A stretch of DNA of 60,187 nt, the filler included, from Perkinsus olseni (taxonomy: Eukaryota), in the NCBI GenBank assembly GCA_013115125.1. It is 6 parts of 6 records of this genome, joined end to end, with 100 filler letters (N's around TTAATTAATTAA, not from the genome) between each part and the next. Parts side by side here need not be neighbours in the genome. Positions count along the whole stretch, not along the records: positions 10,166 to 20,217 come from JABANN010000900.1; positions 20,318 to 30,261 come from JABANN010000902.1; 4 more parts are not named here. The stretch is one strand, 5' to 3'. The position numbers and the translations under genes are program-made. Below the pieces are notes generated by a model. It saw only the letters and a program-made list of their open reading frames with translations. It did no database searches and had not been told where the DNA came from. This document shows, piece by piece, positions 11,247-20,500 of this stretch (positions are counted from its first letter, which is position 1; each line of letters starts with the position of its first letter).

Positions 11247-11367
11247 AAAAAAGCCCTTCCCGGGGTTCGAACCTGGGGATCATGTGTCGAGCTCCTGTTT
11301 TTCATTGCGAACTTCTCCTCTTCCAACGTTAAGGCTGGTAGAAGTCGGCCAAGACCTAGTGGAGAGC
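11247..11367 (-). ncRNA. tRNA-related Pol III-like element, copy A
   Basis: Minus strand: B-box GGTTCGAACCCC followed by AAGGGC and T6. Diverged paralog at 11766-11893. Confidence 0.3.
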
Positions 11368-11432
11368 TTACCGTAACTTCCATGAACCCAAACCCCATGA
11401 AAAGTGCTGCCCGCTCTGTAAAACGCTCACCC

Positions 11433-11527
11433 GCCTTGGATTTTGGTCGAAAGCCTTGGATTTCGGTCAGATGCCTTGGATATCGGTCAGGTGCCTTGGA
11501 TTTTGGTCAGGTGCCTTGGATTTTGGG
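11433..11527. repeat. Minisatellite, ~5 x 20 bp (GCCTTGGATTTTGGTCAGGT)
   Basis: Units start at 11433, 11453, 11473, 11493 and 11513. Confidence 0.9.
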
Positions 11528-11765
11528 AATTGCCCGAATCTAAGACGCTGTCCCCGGAGACATCGCAGGGCGAGCGAAAACGATGCCATGTCTTTTGGCC
11601 TTAGCGCGTTTCGGCGACCAGCGCGTTGCATTTCCTGATACCGACTTCTCTTCCGGTAGCCGTCCTGCTAAGATGATTTACAGGATTCTCCCGTTTCGAG
11701 GATCTCAAAGAAGTCGAGCTTTTTCACGCCCGTTGGCCGACACAGAAATGACAGATGCTCCCGAG

Positions 11766-11893
11766 AAAAAAGCCCTTGTCGGGATTCGAACCCGGAATCT
11801 TGCGCCGAGCTCGTCTTTCTCAGCACGGACTCTTCCCCTTTTACGTTAAGGTTAGTAGAAGTTAGAAGAGTTAACCAAGACTTAGCGGAGTGC
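11766..11893 (-). ncRNA. tRNA-related Pol III-like element, copy B
   Basis: Minus strand: GGGTTCGAATCCC B-box followed by AAGGGC and T6. Shares CCTTAACGT, GAGCTCG and TCTTGG blocks with copy A. Confidence 0.3.
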
Positions 11894-11945
11894 TGGCCTT
11901 TACCCTTTTCAGTTCCTTCTACTGTCCTGCAGGAAGCCACCGCGG

Positions 11946-12034
11946 GTCTGCATAGCCGTCGATGCCTCTACCACGGGATGGGGGGCCACGTGAGTGGCAC
12001 CGACAACGACATGGCCGACGCATTGAGCAGGCTG
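11946..12034 (+). pseudogene. Internally deleted relic of a retroelement RNase H domain
   Basis: VCIAVDASTTGWGA is directly followed, in another frame, by HVSGTDNDMADALSRL: the first and last conserved motifs of gypsy/DIRS-type RNase H. Confidence 0.55.
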
Positions 12035-12336
12035 ACCGAGGGGAGGGAGGTCCCGCAAGCTCTGAGTTCAGCATCAGAGGCTTTCGCCCGGCGCGAGATG
12101 AGAGATTCTGGGCCGAGGCCTAGTCATCCCTGGCGGTAGGTCATCCAGGGTGGTTTCAGTCTAAAGTGAATGGCTGGATATACGTCTCGGGCTAGATAGC
12201 CTCTTGGTGTGGGCGCGAACTTGCTTTCCCAAAAGCTTAATTGTACGCCGTAGGCGCTGTTTCGCGCTCCGGGGGTTTGGGCCCCCCCGGGCGAGCGCGA
12301 AGAGCACTCCTAATTCCCCGCAAGTTCCCAGAACCT

Positions 12337-14999
12337 TGTAAGGAATCTCCCTATCTCCGCTCCGTTGTCTGTATATTGCGCCGACGCCCATAGCGTGATC
12401 GATACCCTGCATTATAGCCTATAAGTAGATCCTAAGCGCAGCACATCAACATTTACGCCCCTGTCGCGTTGCTAGTATGGACGGAACCCTAACAGCTGGT
12501 GGAGAACCCGTTGGCCTTGGACCCTACGGTACACTTCTCGCAATCCTCAAGCTCAAGGACGTCTCTGACTTGGAGTTCGTCAGCGTCAAGGATATTGAGA
12601 AAGCTCTCCCTGATAACGCTACACTGCAACACAAAGTAGATTGCCTTCGCCTCCTTAAAGAGGCTAAAGAGGCTCGTCATCGCCCTTCTTCGGTCTACTC
12701 GTCGGAGTCGACTACACCATCCATTCTAGCATCTGCTATCACAACCAGCACTTCTGAAGATGCCAAATCTTTGGCAGGAGTTCTACGCCTTCAACCACCA
12801 GACGGAAAGGTGTGGCAAGGCACTTCTGATAAACGTCCTGCTACAGCCTTCCTCTATAGAGTGGCCGAGTCAGCTCGACTAGCAGCACTTAGCGAGATGG
12901 ACACTTGGAGGTACCTAACCGCCGTCTGCTTGCAGCAAAGCCAAGCCCGGGAGCTTGACAACTATCTCTCTAAGAACACCGCATCTGATGCTACAATTCT
13001 GGACCGTCTCCAGTCAGCAGAGCTTTGGTTCAACAATCGTTGGTCTATCACCAACAACGTTGACAAGATCTATATCCAGCTCCGAGATATCAATCATATC
13101 AGCTTCATCAACGTTGAAGCCCTGCATGATATCATCGTGGACTTACAGCAGCATGCGCGCTATCTAAACCACGAAATACCCCTAACAGCACTACGCCGAG
13201 CCTTTTTAGATGGACTTCCCGACTGGCTGCGACAACCACTTCTTCAAGTACACCCACAAGCCACTACTCCCTTACATGTTATGGTAGATTGGTTTACGTC
13301 GTATGAAGAGTCAAGCAGTCGTAAACTTACAAGCGAAAGTGTTCCCGCCGAGCACTCACCGACGATGATATGTCGCTTGAACATTCAAGGACGATGTACC
13401 TATGGCACACGGTGCAGATTCATACACACGACATCATCCTCTGCTACCCCGACACCTTTAGCCGGCTTCCCCACTGCACCCCCACAACAAGCACATGATG
13501 AGGTTAACTTCCCTCTACAAGCTGCAGTCATACCTTCGACGGTACAGCCCATCGCAGGTGAACGTCAACGTCGAGTCTCTCCTGCTGATGCCGATCCTGT
13601 AGTGAAGAAGATCTGCACTAGGCCTTACCAAGCACCACTATACCTTACTAGAGAAGCCCTTGGACAATCTTGTCGTGAGCGAGATGAGCTGCTGCTGAAA
13701 GGTATCATCGTTCAGGACCCTACCGGTCTTGCTCGCCTAGCTGGTACCCAGCGTCTTTATGTACCATCACCGCTTCAGCCTCTATTGCTACAGAGATATC
13801 ATGACTACTATGCTCATCCAGGCAAGAAACCTCTCTATGACTTGGCTTCTCGTCATTGGTGGTTCCCGCGAATGTCTAAGGTCTGCAATAAATATCCGTG
13901 TCTATGTATCCTATGCAAGTCGTATCATAACCGGAAGCTCTTTGGACATCTCCCACAACCACATAAACCTCTCTCTTACCTTGCTATCGACCTTACTGGT
14001 CCCTATACTAACATTAAGCACCCATATGCCGTTACAATATCGGATATGTATACTTGTCTACGAATTTACCCTACGAAACATCCAACTACAGATAGTATTT
14101 GCAAAGAACTTTAAGACTGGAGGATGTCATATGGCCTATATCCTGAACTATTAATGCATGATGATGACAAGGCCTTCTCTACTCGTTTCACCCAGTGGTG
14201 TGCCGACAGATGTATCCAAGAGGCACGCATTGCTATCTATTGTCCGGAGTCCAATTCCGCTACAAAAAGACCACACCGTACCTTTCATGATGGTATAAGG
14301 TCCTGCCTCTATTTATCCGATAATAAGGACTGGGTTCAACATGCTGACTCTGTGGTGTATCGTATGAATGCTACTAAGAACTCCACAACTGGTCAATCAC
14401 CATACTCTATGCTGCTCAACATCATTCCCCGCTGTCCCTTCTTTGATGATACTGTGTATACTGATGGCTCATCTTTCCCTGCTGATCATATTTGCCTATT
14501 TCCGGCTGGCACGGTCGTTGCTCGCAGGGTCGAGCAACCTTTGAAATTAGAACCACGATATGAAGGCTCTTATGAAGTACTGTCCGAAATCCGTCCTAGT
14601 ACGTTCCGTATCCGAAGACTGGGCTCTACTTCGCCTCCTATCGACGTCAAGCAAGATCGTCTGAAAGCTTACTCAATATCTCAACTTATTCAGCATTTCT
14701 GATATCAGTCTCATTTTGCTTTGCTACGACTCATTGCTACCAGCATTATTCATACCAGCTAGCTACTACCAATATTTGCTTCTCACTTTTATTTTTTGCT
14801 GCATCTGCAAGGCTGTTGTTGGCTTTAGGGGAGGGGGGACGTGTAAGGAATCTCCCTATCTCCGCTCCGTTGTCTGTATATTGCGCCGACGCCCATAGCG
14901 TGATCGATACCCTGCATTATAGCCTATAAGTAGATCCTAAGCGCAGCACATCAACATTTACGCCCCTGTCGCGTTGCTAGTATGGACGGAACCCTAACA
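12337..14999 (+). mobile_element. Non-autonomous LTR retrotransposon encoding Gag-integrase only (2663 bp)
   Basis: Identical 158-bp TG...CA LTRs at 12337-12494 and 14842-14999. 5-bp TSD AACCT at 12332-12336 and 15000-15004. PBS-like TGGTGGAGAA at 12497-12506 (tRNA-Ala-like). PPT AGGGGAGGGGGGA at 14827-14839. Confidence 0.93.
12477..14702 (+). pseudogene. Gag (with CCCH zinc finger)-integrase fusion ORF, one in-frame TAA at 14112-14114
   Basis: Capsid-like region, then CRLNIQGRCTYGTRCRFIH, then integrase: YHDYYAHPG...CILC, AIDLTGP, HDDDKAF, ESNSATKRPHRT, GPY/F-like LEPRYEGSYEV. ORF 14124-14702 is in the same frame as 12477-14114. No protease, RT or RNase H motifs. Confidence 0.85.
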
Positions 15000-15004
15000 A
15001 ACCT

Positions 15005-18000
15005 TTGGTATGTTAGGCAAGTGAAATTTGGAAATTTTGTTCGTCGTTGATCATGTTCAATTCGAGATGTACAACAGCTACGAAGCTGAGATTCATACAG
15101 CAGGTAGAGGTTGAGAGGCGGATGCTACAGAAGTTCGTCGGGTGGCCGATAGCTACTTGGCTATGGAGTTATTAGCGGATAAGTGATCATGCGCAGGGCA
15201 TGCGTACAGCCTCGAATGTGCATGCGTGGGCACATGCGTTCAGGTTTCAAAACGCGCTGGCATATTATGAAGTCCCGATGCAGTCGATGACGGTACATAC
15301 GACGCTGGCACAATCGCAGTGCAGGTCGTCAGGCTGTGTCATGAGAGTTGTGCTGGCTAGCTCATTCCGTGAGAACATATTGCGTTGGATGGTCATGGGC
15401 TCACTCAGGGCATGCGTGCAACCACTCGGGGCATGCGTGCAACCGCTCCGCATCACGGAGTGGAAACTTGTCAAAGAGGCCAATGTGGGTTACCGAAGCT
15501 GATCTCCGGTCCCCTCGGCCGCAGAGCGAGTGCCTAATCGCTCCCAGCAGTACGAGAGTCGTTCAAACTCGATGTGTGGATCATCAACAGTGGATGGATC
15601 ACAAATGTTGGAATGTGAGATGATTGGAATTGATCGGGTTAAACCCGATCAGTGACGATTATCTGGTCTGCTACCTCCCCCTATAGTTAACATCGTGGAT
15701 CGATCTTCAACGCAGTCTATCGTGGAACATTTTATACGTACACGCAAACAAGAGGCCGGGAGAGGGGCCATGACCCACAGCTCACAGAACCATGCCTCGA
15801 GAGGTGACAACAAGTTCCGAGGAGCGTTACTCAAAGGAAGACCGACCGGTTCGTATCGGATGAGGATCACACTGGTTGCTTCGCGATTCCCGCTATATGA
15901 CGGCCCAGGTGTCTGTATCTCGAGTCGAGAGTCGTACTGGAGGTAGAAAAATGCCTCACCGTGCGTAGTCTCGTCTCTCAGAGGATTAGCGTAGCTCTCC
16001 TCTCGCATGTTCCGCGAAGAAGCGGTACCAACCTGAACCACATATCCTGATCTAGCCATGTGGCTTCGACTTTCCGCTGTGCGCATTTCTGAAGACCCGT
16101 CAGGGCGTGAGTTACTAAGTCAGACCTCGGAGGTCGCTGCTAATCAGCCCCAACAGCAGACTCCGAGATAGGGCCCGACCGGGGTACCCATGCAGTGGGT
16201 CGGTCGGGCTGCTCAAGAGGCATCGCCCATGAGCCTCTAGCTTCTCCGTGGACCCTTTGGTGGTAAAGATTGTGCCTAAGGCCCTATGACTCTGTCTCCC
16301 TCAAAGGCAGTACGAGAGTCGGGGAATTTCTTCGACAAACGCGCATCCCCACAATCAGCTCTGTCAACCGTAAGGCGTGTAAAACGGTTTTTGTTAGTGC
16401 TTTCAAGAGCACTGTCTGAAATTCCTCGCTGGTACGGGAATGATGGTTAGTAAACTGCTGCGACCTCTTAAGTTACTTGAGCCAAGTACCGCAAAACTTC
16501 CTACTCCCAGTCTCATCACCGGTTGGCCTTGCCTGGCAGAAAGGTGAGATTTTCATATACAAATCACGGGTCTAGGTGCAGGCGCGAACTTTCTTTGCCA
16601 AAAGCTTAATTGCACGCCGAAGGCGCCCTTTCGCGCTCCGGGGGTTGGGGCCCCCGGGCGAGCGCGAAAGTCACCCCACGGACCCTGCAAGACCCATAGA
16701 CTAGTTGTAGCAAATCGTGATTCGTGGTGTCATGTTACTTTATTCTTAGCGCGCAGCAGGTATGAGGCTGAAAATCGGGCAGTAGGTATGGGAGAAGTTA
16801 CCGGTTCTGTTCATTACCCCCAGCTAACTATTAGCGCTCTGGCTATGAAGTTATAAGCGATTACGGATCCTGCGCTGTCATGCGTTCTCTAGCGTTGGGC
16901 ATGCGTTTGGACATGCGTATGAGCATGCGTGCGTTCTCCGAAACGCGCTGGCTTAGTATGAACCCCCGTCATACTCAATGGTGGTACCTACGCCGTTGGT
17001 GCATTCGCACTCCGGATCGTCGAGCAGTCCCATTGGGGTTGGGATCGTCAGCTTGCTCTGTGAGAACATATTGCGTTGAATGGCCACTCTCCCCATCGGG
17101 GCATGCGTGCAACGGCTCCGCATCACGGAACCATAACTTGTCTAAGAGACCCATATGAGTTACCGATGACAATTTTGGGTGCCCGTGGCTACTGAGTGAG
17201 AGCCTAATGGCTCTCAGTAGGACAAGAGTCCTTCAAACTCCATGTGTGGGGAAATCGCTAAGGTTGAAATGCGAGATAGTGACTATCCGATAGTCCGTTG
17301 AGATAAGTTTGCCCTAACGCGATCGGATTACGAGTACAGGGCGGGCTATCCCCCCCGTAGTTGTTACAGACTGTGTCGATTGTTGACGCAGCCGCTCGTC
17401 GAACATCTCAAGCACCCACAAACAGGGCGAGGGCGCTAGGAGAAGAGCCGTGATCCACGACTTCGAGGGGTGACAGTAAGTTTCGAAGGGTGGTATGCAG
17501 CAAGGCCCGTACCTGAGGAATGAGTAAACGGTTCATTTCTGGCGACGATCACACTGACCGCTCTGCAGAGTCTGCGAGATCAGCACCTATACAGTATATC
17601 GAGTCAAGAACCGTACTGGAGCCAGAAAAATGATTAACCTTGCATAGTCTCCGCATAGAGAAGTTTAGCGCAGCTATATCTCCGCATGCTTCACGAGAAA
17701 GGGTTGTCGATCTGGACATATCCTGATGCAACCGATTAGCTTCGACTGTCCCTCGTGGGCTTTGCTGGAAACTCTTCTTTGGGGAGGTAACGACGTCCGA
17801 CCTCGGAGCTCGCTGCGAAGTAGTCTCAACACCAGACTCTCAGATAGGGCCCGATCGGGGTACCCACGCAGTGGGTTGATCGGGCCAATCAAAAAGCAAC
17901 TCTCATGAGCCTCCGGCTTCTCGGCGTACCGTTTGGTGATGGAGATCGTGTCTACGGCACTTTGACTCGATCTTCCCCGAATGCGGTGTGAGAGTCAGAA

Positions 18001-18310
18001 AATTTCTCCCCTAAACACGCGCCTATCAACCTCGAAACGTCTCAGACGTGGGAAGTGCCCTCTGTAAGAGCTTTCGCGAGCACCGTCCGAAATTCCTCGC
18101 TGGTATGGAAATGAAGTTTAGTATGCTTTGAACACCTCTCAAGTTACTACAGTCAAACGACGCGAAGCTTTCTCTTGCCACCGGTTCGCCTTACCATGGC
18201 AAAAGGTAAGGTTTTTTGATCCACATCGAGTGTCTCGCTGCAATCCTCTGGGTAGTGTAGTTTTCGTATTCCACGATGTAGTTTCCTTGCGAGCTCTGAT
18301 CGCGCTGTGA
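15005..18310. repeat. Diverged tandem ~1.65-kb non-coding unit (unit 1 ~12190-12336 plus 15005-16570; unit 2 ~16571-18231; partial third unit)
   Basis: Colinear homologous blocks: 12212-12301 vs 16581-16670, 15425-15580 vs 17095-17250, 16160-16550 vs 17835-18215. Stops occur in the frames inspected. Confidence 0.8.
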
Positions 18311-19096
18311 CCGTGGGTAGCTGCGCCGGATTGTGCGATGCCGCAGTGGCATTCTTTCAACGTTGAGGGTTCTTAAGTCTGCAAGTGCGCGGGCATTGTG
18401 TTTGCGTGCAGCTTGCTTTGCGCGTTGCGTGAGGTTTGAAGCTGTGCAACTGCTGTGGATTGTTGCAACTGTTGCAACTCGTTGGATTGTTGCGGTAGCT
18501 AGGTTTGCCTAAACCGTGGACCGCCACAGAGTTCCTGGTTCACTTACTGCACTGTTGAGGTTCGCAACTGACGTCTAGTTACTTGTAGATCCAATAGTTC
18601 AGACCTTGAGTTGATAGTAGTCATGGTTCTAGCGCGAAGTGGAGCATGTAGTGAGGCCGCTCATATATCAGAGGGTGTTCGCCGTTCTCCGAGACTTATT
18701 CACAAGTGCGCTGAGGATACGTCGCGCGTCAGTACAAGGCAGGGTCCGTCGGTTCGATCAACTAATACTTGGGGTTGTAAGGCTCGCGGTGTCAACGCAG
18801 TCGACCGTGGCAAGGGTTCGGTTGTGGTTACACCATCCACATTTTCCATTCCTTCGGGTAATAGTGCCGTCCCTACTCGCCCACGCGCTCATTCTACTGG
18901 GATCGATCCGACCTGTGATCGGGATTCTTTTGAGTGTCCTGGAACGGTACCTGTATGCGGTCCATGTGATGTATGTTAGAGGAATGTCTCATTGTGTCTA
19001 TCTCCCGATCTCAGTGTGCATGCGTGCACCCTTTAAGCTATGGTAACACTGGTTGGTTGTTGTGCGATCAGTATTGATGAGATTGGTATAAGTCAG

Positions 19097-19118
19097 TCCG
19101 TAGCCATCTTGGCTCAAG
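19097..19118 (+). other. Genomic copy of the Perkinsus/dinoflagellate-type spliced leader
   Basis: TCCGTAGCCATCTTGGCTCAAG is 21/22 identical to the Perkinsus SL ACCGTAGCCATCTTGGCTCAAG. It is followed by TT rather than a GT donor, so this is not an SL RNA gene. Confidence 0.92.
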
Positions 19119-19370
19119 TTCTGAACTGTTGGGTTCAGTCAATGTCTGACAACCCTCAAGGGAGCGGAACACCTGCCGTTAATATGGCGACAGCGGCATT
19201 TGGCAAAACTGCGCTCCCCGCCCTCGTCAGCCGCGTCGACCTTGCCCATCACATCCTCATCGTCGACAATTGCTTGATCGAATGTGGTCTCGCTACTCAT
19301 GATCCTGATGGGAAGGTATGCATCAAGCCCCAGAGCAAGTATGTGGCGATGTCTCGCATACTGACGAGCC

Positions 19371-20053
19371 GGGTGTATCACGACTCGTACACCGAAAACT
19401 CGTACACTTTCATTTCGTACACGACTCGTACACTGAATGCTCGTTCACCCCTTGGATCCGTACACATAAAACTCATACACGTAAAACCCATACACATAAA
19501 ACTCGTACATCGTCAGCTCGTACACGAGCACGACTCGTACACTATGCTGCTTGAGCCGCATTTTTGGGCCGCGCGCTGAGAGCAATGGCGGAGCGAAGGA
19601 AGTAAAATTGTCTATAGAGATCGAATTGTTTGCGCCACTCTGTTAGTAAATATTCAATAGTGTCAGTGGTATGGAGGTTAAGGTAACGGGTCATCAATCC
19701 AAAGGTCGCGGGTTCGATCCTATGTACAGGCTCGGCACGACAGGGAGGAGATAAATAGTCAAGTCGCGGCGGCGACTTTATGCAAGTCGCGGAGCGGCTC
19801 CGCGACTTGCCTAAAAATTTTTCGCAGGGTGTACGAAATGACGGTGTACGAGTTGAAAGTGGGTGTGTGTATGAAATGACGGTGTACGAGCATTATGTGT
19901 ACGAGTGTTTTGTGTACGGGTATTATGTGTACGAGTATTTTGCGTACGAGTTTTACATGTACGGGTATTTGGTGTACGAGTCGAAGATGTACGAGTTTTC
20001 GAGACATGAGTCGAAAATGTACGAGTTTTCGGTGTACGAGTCGTGAACATCCC
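19371..20053. mobile_element. Non-autonomous DNA transposon (MITE-like, 683 bp) with 8-bp TSD
   Basis: TSD GACGAGCC at 19363-19370 and 20054-20061. Termini GGG...CCC. TIR core TCACGACTCGTACACCGAAAACTCGTACA. Inverted arrays of ACTCGTACAC-like subterminal repeats. Excision restores the flanking reading frame. Confidence 0.92.
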
Positions 20054-20217
20054 GACGAGCCTGTCCAGCGTTAAGGAAGTTGCAGCCTCTGCTCAGCGTG
20101 CCGCGACTCGGTTCGACTACGACTGGACTGCGGTCAAGCGGCTACTTACCCGTCAGTATTGCAAGAAGGAGACTCTTAAGGCAGAATACTCGTCCCAGCT
20201 GACAAAGCTCAAGCTTA

Positions 20218-20317
20218 NNNNNNNNNNNNNNNNNNNNNNNNNNNNNNNNNNNNNNNNNNNNTTAATTAATTAANNNNNNNNNNNNNNNNNNNNNNNNNNN
20301 NNNNNNNNNNNNNNNNN
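20218..20317. other. Artificial contig linker
   Basis: N44-TTAATTAATTAA-N44. Confidence 0.98.
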
Positions 20318-20385
<68 letters not shown>

Positions 20386-20386
20386 G
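20318..20386. repeat. (TTG)n microsatellite at contig start
   Basis: About 23 perfect TTG units. Confidence 0.97.
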
Positions 20387-20500
20387 AAGACATCATGAGT
20401 CGTGTCATCATGATGCACCCGAAAGGACGAAATCTTTTCTATAGACGTGGAAACGGGGGATTATGATGAAACGAAGGGCAGCAGCAGGCAAGCTCACGGG

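Larger units (their letters stand above)
18974..20217 (+). mobile_element. 5' part of a probable LTR retrotransposon (gag-like ORF from 19142), truncated by the contig end
   Basis: TGTTA start with motifs shared with the TRIM LTR (CTCATTGTG, CCGATC, TGTGCATGCGTGCA, TAAGCT). The ORF is restored across the MITE as ...MSRILTS-LSSVKEVAASAQRAATRFDYDWTAVKRLLTRQYCKKETLKAEYSSQLTKLKL, a capsid-like helix pattern. Confidence 0.55.

Noticed and set aside
11433-11527. 20-bp repeats as CRISPR or iterons
   Set aside because: No unique spacers; a simple minisatellite.
14112-14114. Programmed stop-codon readthrough in the Gag-IN element
   Set aside because: The TAA lies inside the integrase core rather than at a gag/pol boundary, so a nonsense mutation is more likely.
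19097-19200. SL RNA gene
   Set aside because: The leader is not followed by a GT donor or an SL intron, but by a short UTR and an ORF.
19318-20050. ORFs rich in LVH, TRT and VYE repeats
   Set aside because: Translations of the MITE subterminal repeats.
20405-20445. ATGATGCACCCGAAAGGACGAAA resembles a hammerhead ribozyme core
   Set aside because: Lacks the CUGANGA box, stem II is imperfect, and no stems I or III are evident.
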